Assembly: GCA_048939625.1 (NCBI GenBank) | Contig: JBHLPH010000013.1 | Coordinates: 1-61,414, forward strand | Origin: Promethearchaeota archaeon | Lineage (GTDB): Archaea > Asgardarchaeota > Hermodarchaeia > Hermodarchaeales > Hermodarchaeaceae | DNA length: 61,414 bases | Direction of reading: 5' to 3' | In this document: positions 8,772 through 17,018 of the stretch, piece by piece | Numbering within the stretch: the first letter of the stretch is position 1 | Layout: each line of letters starts with the position of its first letter | The notes under the pieces: generated by a model | Seen by the model: the letters and a program-made list of their open reading frames with translations, nothing else | What the model was told of the DNA's origin: nothing | Database searches by the model: none | Program-made: the position numbers and the translations under genes

Positions 8772-9092
8772 TTATTTTCCCACTTCTGGAACAACATCAA
8801 GGAGGAAGAATTCATCGTCGGTAATCTTAGGCTCAAGTTCTCCAAAGGTTACTCCTGGACTTAGGCGAGTTGGTTCAGGAGCTTTGCGAATTAGGACGAA
8901 TTCTGCTCGTTGATCACCGATTTTCGCCTTCGCCCAATCGTCGATGCTCACTCCCTCATCACGGGCTTGTTGGACCAAAGTGCGGATAACCTCTTCAACT
9001 CTAGTATCCTCGTCAATGCCAATTCGAAATTCCTTTTGGCGGGGTTCAACGTCGACGATGATTGAGCGCCAAAAACCTTCTTCGTTACTCAT
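8772..9092 (-). CDS. Ubiquitin-like (beta-grasp) modifier precursor ending VG-K
   Basis: Ubl-like pattern IGIDEDTRVEEVIRTL, FVLIRK, LSPGVTFGEL, ITDDEFFLLDVVPEVGK; AGGTGA SD; first gene of the E2 operon. Confidence 0.7.
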   Translation of the reverse strand: MSNEEGFWRSIIVDVEPRQKEFRIGIDEDTRVEEVIRTLVQQARDEGVSIDDWAKAKIGDQRAEFVLIRKAPEPTRLSPGVTFGELEPKITDDEFFLLDVVPEVGK

Positions 9093-9334
9093 GGCTAATC
9101 ACCTACAAGGTCAGGGTTATACCATCCACTTTAATTTTACTCGATGCTTAGGCGACTTCCTGCCCTTCTTTATTTGTGAAAGAGAATAGGTCGGATCAAA
9201 ATTCCAGATAAATGGCGCCCAGTCCTCGATTGGAGTGAAAGTTTAAGAGTCACGGTCTAGTTGGACTAAGTGTACTTGGGCACCAATAACAAAGGCGTCT
9301 GCTCAGGATAACCTGCGGGAGCTCATAACGAATA
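9093..9334. promoter_or_regulatory. Divergent promoter region shared by the Ubl operon and the SMC operon
   Basis: 242-bp gap between head-to-head genes; GAAAGTTTAAGA (BRE/TATA-like, +, about 9237-9248) and AAAATTAAAG (-, about 9129-9138). Confidence 0.5.
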
Positions 9335-12232
9335 ATGAACACTAGACATGAGACACCACTTTCTACCTCACAAGTCGTATTCCGTAGCATCCATCTAGTG
9401 AATTTTGTAATTCATCGTGATACTACAATTAAATTTGATACCGCTCCTGTTGTGCTAATCACTGGATCAAATGGAAGCGGAAAAACTCTCATTCTAGATG
9501 CACTCCTCCTTGCCATAGGTATTGAATCCCGTCGAGCTCAACGTCAGCGTAACTCTGCCTTCATTGGGCGCTTTGGTAAATATGCTGAAGTAGAATTATT
9601 ACTGAATAATTTTCAACTTAATGGACGCCGTGTTCTGAGGAGTCCTGATCCGGCACTCGCAAAGGTTCTGGACACTGATGAAGTGTCGATTCGTCTCCGA
9701 ATGCATGACACGAATCGCATTTCTTATTGGGTAAATGGGAAGCGATCAGTTAATGGACACCAGATTGCCCGAAAAGATATTCGAAAACTCTTCCAAGCTG
9801 CTGGTGTCTTTGGTGATTCACCCTTAGCAGTCACCGAAGCCGAAACACTCGACCATTTTGCATCTCAATCTCCGCGAAGAAAATTCGAAACTCTGTTGAA
9901 TGAAACCGGACTTAGGAATTGGATGGAAAAACTTGAAGAAGCCCGACTGCTTGTATTGCAAGCAAAAGCGAACGTCAAGCCACTCGAATACAGAATCCGC
10001 CACGAAGAACAACGACTTCAAGTATTGAAAGCCGCTTATGAAGCTTTTCAACAAAAGCAGCAACTTCTACAGCGACTAAAAGAGCTTGATATTGAAGCAG
10101 CATGGGCTGAGGTTGCCTATCGTGAAACGCTTGCAAATCAACTCCAATCACAAATCTCTGTACTTGACCATCAACTTGAAACTGAAAATGTAAAATTAGC
10201 AAAATTAGATCAACGTAAAGCCGATCTAGCTGACAAGTTGACAGCGATTGAAAAGAAACGTGAAAAACTTCATTCGAGAATGGATTCACTTCGCGATGCG
10301 CAAATGCAAGCTCAGGGTCACCGACAGGGATTGGAAAACGAACTTAAGGCCTTGCAGTTTCGGACCAAACGTTATTCGAAACGGCAAAAGCCTCCTAAGA
10401 CTAAGATTGAGACGCTTCAAAACGAATTAACGGCATTTGTCACTGATCGAGATAGTCTCGATGATGACCTTGCCCAAATCCGACAAGATATCGCATCTAC
10501 AGAAGAAGTTCTCTTTACTCAACCTCAACGTTATCCACACTTTGAGGAAACCGTTCTTCGCGCTTGCATTCGATACCGCTCCGAATTGGATAAGTTGGCT
10601 CTCTCCGATTCAGTGATTGGCCCATTATTCACGCTTATCCGAATGAAACCTGAATATTCCCAATATGAAACCGCAGTAAAGTTAGCATTAGGTCGGTACA
10701 CATACGCCTTTATCGCCTTGAATAGAGATGTCTTCGTTGAAGCAAAGAACCTCTACGACCGGTTATGGCTTCACGAAAGACCAGATCTTGTCGTTGCTCG
10801 TACGAATCCTACAACTGCGATAACGAAAGATCGACCCGCTGTCTCCTCACCAGTGATTGGCTGGGCCGCTGACCTAATCGAAGGGGATGTTTACGCCATC
10901 AGCTTTCTTAGCCGAGTTGTAAACACTGCCATCGCTGAAGAAGGGGCTGATCCCAACATTCTTGTGGATGCTTCTCAACAACTCAATGGGAACATTATCA
11001 CAAGCGAGGGCTCAAGTCATTATCTTCGCATTGGGGCTTTTGCACGACCTCCACGCCCTGTAACAGTCAACTTAGATGTCACACTCCCTGAACTGGGATT
11101 GGTCCAAGATTCTGCTGATGTCCGTCGCCAACTCCGAGAATTCCGGGAACGAGAAGCGAAGTTGATGCGAGATCGTATGCGGCTCAACTCAGAAATTAGT
11201 CAGCTGCGATCCACACTTCAAGACTTGCAACAAGATTCTGCTGGACCTCTCTCTGCTGAAGAAAAAAATGCGATCATTTTGGATTCTCAGCAGCGCGAAT
11301 CGGAACTTCATCAACAAATGCTAGAACTTGATACTCAATGTGATGCCTTAAGTCAAGAATATCAAGATTGCAATTCGGATTTATCCCCCCTGAATTCCCA
11401 ATTGCAAAAAATTACCAGTCAAATCCAAAGCGTGGAATCTCGACGCTCAAACCGTCAAACAATAATCACGCAGATTTCAATCGAACTTCACCAACGAGAA
11501 GATGAAAACGAACATCTTACGACTCAATTGAAAGAATTTCGAAAAGCTGCCAAATTGCTAGGGGAACGGCCTGAAGTCGTGCGAGAACCCACTCCAGTTC
11601 GTGAAGAGCAAATCCAGATTCAAGCCATGATTGAAACTATCACAGCTACATCTGAAGATCGACAAGTCTTTGAAGAACAAGAAAAAGTCGTTTCGCAGTT
11701 ACAGGAATACCTCAAACAACGTCAGCAACACTTAGAAAATCTCATGACGGACGTGGATCGCCGGCTTCTCGAATGGCGGCGCCAACTCGAAGAAATGGTC
11801 GAAACGCTTAATCATCGGATGAACCAGTTACTTAGTCATTTTCTCAAACAAGTCAAATTGCTTGTTCGTTTTCCTGATGAACCAAGTCGCGCAGAACTGC
11901 ATCTCCAATTAGCCATTAATCGTAAAGGAGATTGGCGTACTTATCAGGAAATGTCGGGAGGTGAGAGGGTCCTAGCGACTCAGACTTTCATTTTAGCACT
12001 TCACACCTTGGTTAAGAGTCCCCTACATGTGATTGATGAGTTTACTCAACGACTTGATGAAGCTAGCCGAGCAGCGATTCTCGGTGTGGTTCAGCGTACC
12101 TTAGATTTGACTCAACAAGACGCCTTGATTCATCCTCAATTTCTTCTTATGGCTCCCTCCACTGTTGGCTTACAAATTCCAGAGACAATGCATCACGTGG
12201 TTCTAATTAAAGGACAGGTGAAAACCAAATGA
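9335..12232 (+). CDS. SMC5/6-like structural maintenance of chromosomes ATPase
   Basis: Walker A GSNGSGKT, two coiled-coil arms, hinge VIGPLFTLI...ALGRYTYAFI, signature MSGGERV, Walker B VIDEFTQRLD, Pro at the H-loop position (QFLLMAP). Confidence 0.88.
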   Translation: MNTRHETPLSTSQVVFRSIHLVNFVIHRDTTIKFDTAPVVLITGSNGSGKTLILDALLLAIGIESRRAQRQRNSAFIGRFGKYAEVELLLNNFQLNGRRVLRSPDPALAKVLDTDEVSIRLRMHDTNRISYWVNGKRSVNGHQIARKDIRKLFQAAGVFGDSPLAVTEAETLDHFASQSPRRKFETLLNETGLRNWMEKLEEARLLVLQAKANVKPLEYRIRHEEQRLQVLKAAYEAFQQKQQLLQRLKELDIEAAWAEVAYRETLANQLQSQISVLDHQLETENVKLAKLDQRKADLADKLTAIEKKREKLHSRMDSLRDAQMQAQGHRQGLENELKALQFRTKRYSKRQKPPKTKIETLQNELTAFVTDRDSLDDDLAQIRQDIASTEEVLFTQPQRYPHFEETVLRACIRYRSELDKLALSDSVIGPLFTLIRMKPEYSQYETAVKLALGRYTYAFIALNRDVFVEAKNLYDRLWLHERPDLVVARTNPTTAITKDRPAVSSPVIGWAADLIEGDVYAISFLSRVVNTAIAEEGADPNILVDASQQLNGNIITSEGSSHYLRIGAFARPPRPVTVNLDVTLPELGLVQDSADVRRQLREFREREAKLMRDRMRLNSEISQLRSTLQDLQQDSAGPLSAEEKNAIILDSQQRESELHQQMLELDTQCDALSQEYQDCNSDLSPLNSQLQKITSQIQSVESRRSNRQTIITQISIELHQREDENEHLTTQLKEFRKAAKLLGERPEVVREPTPVREEQIQIQAMIETITATSEDRQVFEEQEKVVSQLQEYLKQRQQHLENLMTDVDRRLLEWRRQLEEMVETLNHRMNQLLSHFLKQVKLLVRFPDEPSRAELHLQLAINRKGDWRTYQEMSGGERVLATQTFILALHTLVKSPLHVIDEFTQRLDEASRAAILGVVQRTLDLTQQDALIHPQFLLMAPSTVGLQIPETMHHVVLIKGQVKTK

Positions 12233-13020
12233 TTACTAATGACACTTCCGCATTCCTTCGAGCGTTTCCACGCCGCAAAGCTTGGTTTGACACCTTCCAG
12301 CATAATTACAAACATAACCGTATTACACGTTATGGAATGAAGAGCGTTGTAATCACTCTCTGGAATCTAACAAAGAAATATGAAGTAGCCCTTAAACAGC
12401 ATGATGTTGTACCAGTGAAAGAAGCGGAGATTGACCGTGAAGAAGTCGCCGATGCATTTCGTGTTCTTGATACGCCTTGGGAAAGAAACCTCGATGGCCG
12501 CTTTTACCACACACTGGCCAAAATGCAGCACAACCGCGACTCACAATTAGCTGCACCTGAAATTGCACCTGAAGAATGGATTTCTCAATTTGCTACAGAG
12601 GTGAAAAGGCGAGCCACGCCTCTTCTGTTCCTAGTTAACCAAGACCGGACCATCCCCCCCTTCGATTTACCTCCAGGGGATACCCCAGTCACCATGGATG
12701 AGGCTCCCTCTACTGAAGATCGCCAAGCTATGCAAAAGCATCGGATATTCTATGATGAGATAACAATCAAAACGCTTGATGCACGTCGAGCTTCAATTCT
12801 GAAACGGCTTAAAGGAAAACGGTACAGCTATACTGCATTAGCAGAGATACTAACCAATTGGGAGTTAGATTTACTAAGTCAAATGGTCCGTGATAACATA
12901 CTTCCTGCCACATTTGAAAAAACAGCAATCATATTTCGGAATCCCCCATCACAATCCAATCCGGTTTTGACTGCGGTAGCTATTGCTGCGAAAAAGCATG
13001 AGGAGGTTCGATCGCAATGA
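12229..13020 (+). CDS. Putative kleisin (Nse4/ScpA-like)
   Basis: ATGA overlaps with both SMC and KITE genes; helical N-terminus, Pro/acidic linker, and C-terminal winged-helix-like segment ILKRLKGKRYSYTAL...LLSQMVRDNI...AIIF. The family call rests mainly on position and layout. Confidence 0.55.
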   Translation: MITNDTSAFLRAFPRRKAWFDTFQHNYKHNRITRYGMKSVVITLWNLTKKYEVALKQHDVVPVKEAEIDREEVADAFRVLDTPWERNLDGRFYHTLAKMQHNRDSQLAAPEIAPEEWISQFATEVKRRATPLLFLVNQDRTIPPFDLPPGDTPVTMDEAPSTEDRQAMQKHRIFYDEITIKTLDARRASILKRLKGKRYSYTALAEILTNWELDLLSQMVRDNILPATFEKTAIIFRNPPSQSNPVLTAVAIAAKKHEEVRSQ

Positions 13021-13664
13021 CCTCGAACCCCACCTCATCGCACCCAGGACCCTCATCTGGTGAACAAACCGAGGAAGAAGAATACGAACAACGCCATCTT
13101 TTAGGGCAACTCTTTGCTGCCCTTACTGCTCGCTTTCGCAATGAGGAAGGACAACTCAGCATTGGAGTGAAGCGACAGGATTTACTTGAAGCTCTTCATG
13201 TCAATAAGGTCGGACTAAGCCGTTTACTTGATTTACTTCGACAACAGATCGCTCCATTGGGACTGGAATTAGTAGAATACCGATTAAATCGAGATACACT
13301 CTATTGTGTCCGAACCCTATATGGTGTTCCAGGAGAACTCACCGATCCTGAATATGCTGTCCTTGGAGTCATCATTTCAACAGTAGAAAGAGCCAGCAAG
13401 AATCGTAGACCCCGACGAGTAGCTACAAAAGAAATTGAAACCATTCTCGTTGCTCGAGGTCGCCTTTCACGATATCAACTAGATAAAATCATGCGGCGTC
13501 TCATTGAACTCGGTTATCTTACACGTACAACGAAACGGATTGCATATGGTCCACGATTAGAACTCGAATTTGATTCTGAACGACGTGAAGCCATCGCTAA
13601 TGCTGCAACCCTATATCTTGCAGGAGCCATCACAGACAAGGAGGAAGAATCGAATGAAACTTGA
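13017..13664 (+). CDS. KITE subunit (Nse1/Nse3-MAGE/ScpB-type tandem winged helix)
   Basis: IAPLGLELVE (WH1), and IMRRLIELGYL...YGPRLELEF (WH2, GPR..E motif of Nse1/Nse3). Confidence 0.75.
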   Translation: MTSNPTSSHPGPSSGEQTEEEEYEQRHLLGQLFAALTARFRNEEGQLSIGVKRQDLLEALHVNKVGLSRLLDLLRQQIAPLGLELVEYRLNRDTLYCVRTLYGVPGELTDPEYAVLGVIISTVERASKNRRPRRVATKEIETILVARGRLSRYQLDKIMRRLIELGYLTRTTKRIAYGPRLELEFDSERREAIANAATLYLAGAITDKEEESNET

Positions 13665-14115
13665 CCTCTCAACTGTTGGCATCAGTTGTGTAGCCTGTGG
13701 CTCCCGAAGCACACTGGAACAGGCAATCCACGATGGTTGGCACCAATGCCTTCGATGCCAGTTCTTTATTGATCCTCAATGCCTACAAATTGTCAAAAAT
13801 ACCATGGGTGGTGTTTGTCCATCATTCAGCCAGGGTGTCTCTAGACACCTTATCCAAGAGGCTGATATTCCCTCGGAACAAATCCTCATTTTTGTGAAAG
13901 ACCAATACCAAAAGGGTCGCGTAGGGACCATCGTCGACTCGCTCTTCTACACCAAACCTTCCTATCTCGAAAAACCGCGACACGAAAATCCACAACAATC
14001 TGACGCCGAAGAAGCTTTGACCCGTGAAGAAATCTGGCAACGGTATGGACTTGTCTTGGTACAACGGGCACAAGGTAAATGGAAAACTTGGGAAAAAGTG
14101 GGGAGCACAGGATAA
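13654..14115 (+). CDS. RING-like Zn-finger protein, last gene of the SMC operon
   Basis: CVAC...CLRC-x4-DPQC-x11-CP...H; ATG at 13654 after GAGGA, overlapping the KITE stop. Confidence 0.7.
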   Translation: MKLDLSTVGISCVACGSRSTLEQAIHDGWHQCLRCQFFIDPQCLQIVKNTMGGVCPSFSQGVSRHLIQEADIPSEQILIFVKDQYQKGRVGTIVDSLFYTKPSYLEKPRHENPQQSDAEEALTREEIWQRYGLVLVQRAQGKWKTWEKVGSTG

Positions 14116-14116
14116 T

Positions 14117-15103
14117 TCAGATTAACAGTTCTTCCCCTAACTCCAATTTTGCTAGAATTTTATCCACCAATTCACGGGCTAATTGTTTAGTATTTTTAGA
14201 TTCTGTAACAGGTTCATCCTCGATATCCGCAATGAGTTGAGGTAAGCCAGCAAGTTTTCGTATGATACCCGAAATTGCGTGCTTCGCTACTGATACTTCC
14301 GAGCCTCCCGATAAGAGAACAACCAAGTGTCCGGAACACACTTCTTCCGCGGCTTGAAGTAAGATGTCGGTCATCGCTGGAAACGCCCGAAGGGAGAGGT
14401 TAAACCCACCATAATCCAAAGCGTGAGCGTCATGTCCCATATTCCATAGAATCATATTTGGTTGGATTCGACGGGCCCAAGGAATCACCAATCGTCGCAT
14501 CGCTTCAACAAAAGTTTCATCGCTACTATTACTGGGAAAGGGAACATCCACATGGCGCAGGGTTACGGTATCAAAGCTTTCGCGAAAACTAGCTTCGAAA
14601 TTCAGGTGGTATACTCCTTCGTCGTCACCAAGTGTATCCCGTGTGCCATCTCCGGGATGGGGATCAGTATCCACAATGAAAAATCGTTTGACTCCATACT
14701 TCTGTTGGAGCTGTCGAACAAGTAACGCTGAATTATTGTAATAACAAAAGCCCCAGAATGAGTCCCGACTCGCATGATGACCAGCACACCCAGTAAAGGC
14801 AAAGGCGTTCGCCGCCTCTCCGCGCCAAACAGCTTCTCCCGCTCTCACTGCAGCTCCCCCCGAAACTAGGGACGCAGGGTCGTAACCTGATCCTTTCACG
14901 CGTTTGATATGATTTGGTGTATGAACCGATAATAATAGCTCCTCTTTTACTTCAGAGGCTTGTTCTACTTTAACTGAAGAAGACGATAAGGTGCCTGTCT
15001 GCTCAAGGTAATCGAAAGCTGGTTGCACTCGACCAGCCAGAACCGGGTATCCTTCAACCGCCATCAAAGGATGATAAATTACCAGAGTTGGCTTCTTTTT
15101 CAT
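14117..15103 (-). CDS. Histone deacetylase superfamily (Zn-dependent) protein
   Basis: GHHA...GFCYYNN, DTDPHPGDGT and GHDAH motifs; SGGS in place of EGGY. Confidence 0.88.
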   Translation of the reverse strand: MKKKPTLVIYHPLMAVEGYPVLAGRVQPAFDYLEQTGTLSSSSVKVEQASEVKEELLLSVHTPNHIKRVKGSGYDPASLVSGGAAVRAGEAVWRGEAANAFAFTGCAGHHASRDSFWGFCYYNNSALLVRQLQQKYGVKRFFIVDTDPHPGDGTRDTLGDDEGVYHLNFEASFRESFDTVTLRHVDVPFPSNSSDETFVEAMRRLVIPWARRIQPNMILWNMGHDAHALDYGGFNLSLRAFPAMTDILLQAAEEVCSGHLVVLLSGGSEVSVAKHAISGIIRKLAGLPQLIADIEDEPVTESKNTKQLARELVDKILAKLELGEELLI

Positions 15104-15174
15104 CACAGGTCACATCCAAATACAAGGCAACAAAGGATTTAACAGGATATGATGTTCTACTCAACAGCTTCAGG

Positions 15175-16383
15175 ATGGGAAAAATTTTGGAGATTCGAAA
15201 AATCACCAACAAAGAACGAAGTACGCTGATGGATCTATATCGATATGCCTATACCGAATGGACGGATCAGCCAGTGAAAGATGAAGAACTAGACGAAATT
15301 ATTGTCGAGGAGACATTGGGTATATTTGATAATGGACAACTGGTGTCATCTCTTCGCATTCATGATTTTCAGCAATCCATCCGAGGGATCTTGAAAAACT
15401 GCGGAGGTGTTGCTGGAGTGGCTACCTACCCAGAAGCTCGAACGAAGGGGTATGTTCGTCAGTTGATGCGGGCAGGATTCAAGCAGATGCACGAGGATGG
15501 ACAATCTGTCAGTATGCTTGATCCATTCAAACCGAGTTTCTATGAGAAATTTGGATATGTTACCGCAAATGCCCCCTACATAGTAGAAGCACCAATCAAT
15601 CATCTCCAAGCGTCGAACCTCGAATCCTCTTCCTCTGAATGGACCTATGAGCGGCTTCGAGCGGTCGAGGTCCAAGAACCCTTTCTCAAATTTATTCGAG
15701 AGGTGGGTCCTAAGCAATACCACGGCTTTATCATTTTCAGAACGATAACACCCGCGATGTGGAAACAGCGCGTAAAAGACAGTCTGGTCGTCTTCATTCG
15801 ACATAAGGGGAAAATCCAAGCGGTGTGCAGGTATCGAATCAAAGGTGAACGTAGCTCAGGGCGTTGGCAGGCTAATTTAACAGTCATAGATAGTCTCTGG
15901 CGTACCCGCGAAGCACGGAATCACCTCTTCTATTTTCTATCACGACACCAAGATCAAATTGACAATATAATCATTCACGCTCCTTTTGAAACGAAAGTTG
16001 AACACTGGTTCAAGGATATTCGACTCAAGGTAGATCGTAAAACCCCCTGGATGGTTCGAATTGTTGATGTCATCAAAGCTTTCGAAAAACTTCCAGGGGT
16101 AGGTGAAGATATCATTACCATTGAGGTGTCCGATGCTGACTGTCCTTGGAATCACGGAATATTCTCCCTGACATCCGAAAAAGGCTCGCTACATCTCGCT
16201 AAAAGCTCAGGGCACCCCGTTGTAAATGCTTCTATTGAAGCTTTATCCTCTCTAGTGTATGGCACCCAACCACTAGAAGAACTCGAATTTGAGGGTAAAC
16301 TCACAATTACCGAGGAATGGGCTAGACATACCCTGCATCGATGGTTTCCCCCGCTCCCCCTGTATAATGTTGTATACTTTTAA
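15175..16383 (+). CDS. Eis-like GNAT acetyltransferase with C-terminal SCP2 domain
   Basis: VAGVATYPEARTKGYVRQL, FYEKFGY, MVRIVDV and DCPWNHG motifs; aromatic C-terminus. Confidence 0.88.
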   Translation: MGKILEIRKITNKERSTLMDLYRYAYTEWTDQPVKDEELDEIIVEETLGIFDNGQLVSSLRIHDFQQSIRGILKNCGGVAGVATYPEARTKGYVRQLMRAGFKQMHEDGQSVSMLDPFKPSFYEKFGYVTANAPYIVEAPINHLQASNLESSSSEWTYERLRAVEVQEPFLKFIREVGPKQYHGFIIFRTITPAMWKQRVKDSLVVFIRHKGKIQAVCRYRIKGERSSGRWQANLTVIDSLWRTREARNHLFYFLSRHQDQIDNIIIHAPFETKVEHWFKDIRLKVDRKTPWMVRIVDVIKAFEKLPGVGEDIITIEVSDADCPWNHGIFSLTSEKGSLHLAKSSGHPVVNASIEALSSLVYGTQPLEELEFEGKLTITEEWARHTLHRWFPPLPLYNVVYF

Positions 16384-16454
16384 TGAAATCATAACACGAG
16401 GTTTTATAGGCAGAAACATCCTTGGGTTGATTCTCACATTATCAGGTGTGTTCC

Positions 16455-16847
16455 ATGGGCTTTGAAATACCGCTTGATAAAATCCGTGAAGCGATTCAAG
16501 CACACTTAGCTTTTTCATCCGATCCCACTACTCGGACAATCACTCTTGAATTCAAAGGAACCATTTATGAAGAAATGCCCTTTGGCGACATGCTTGAAGA
16601 TGAAGAAGGACTGAAACGGATGGCTAAGAACTTCATGGACGAAGAGATCAAATATACCGCTGAACCCCTGCCAGAAGGGAAAGGCGTTATCCTGCATTTT
16701 CAAACTGATGAAGACTTCCAGAAAATGTACAACTTCATCGACGGAATCATCAATGGGGATTTACTGCAGGAACTGATGACCAAGGTCATGCAATCGATGT
16801 TTTCAGCAATGGATGATGACAGCTCAGAATTTGATAATACAACCTAA
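16455..16847 (+). CDS. Hypothetical acidic protein
   Basis: AGGTG SD before ATG 16455; coding-like composition. Confidence 0.65.
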   Translation: MGFEIPLDKIREAIQAHLAFSSDPTTRTITLEFKGTIYEEMPFGDMLEDEEGLKRMAKNFMDEEIKYTAEPLPEGKGVILHFQTDEDFQKMYNFIDGIINGDLLQELMTKVMQSMFSAMDDDSSEFDNTT

Positions 16848-16862
16848 ACTGACTAGATGCAG

Positions 16863-16908
16863 GAGCGATTCCTCTCATCCTTCGGAAAGAATTGCTCAAC
16901 CTCTTTTT
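16863..16908 (+). terminator. Hairpin followed by a T-run after the 16455-16847 gene
   Basis: gagcgattc/gaattgctc stem with an inner tcc-ttcg-ga loop, then ctctttttc. Confidence 0.35.
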
Positions 16909-17018
16909 CAATGATTCCTATTCGTTGAGGTCATTAATTCCCTTTCGAGAGATGTATGATAACATTGCATTCATCTGTCAGCAAAGGTTTTTGTTGCTGT
17001 GCCCTGTAAAGACATTCT

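Noticed and set aside
4900-9092. E1 and Ubl as a ThiF/ThiS or MoeB/MoaD sulfur-transfer pair
   Set aside because: An E2, RING-like proteins and JAMM are present, the Ubl lacks GG, and no cofactor-biosynthesis genes are adjacent
9335-14115. Wadjet (JetABCD) or Rad50/Mre11 locus
   Set aside because: No Toprim JetD or Mre11 nuclease and no Zn-hook CxxC; the hinge and head motifs are Smc5/6-like
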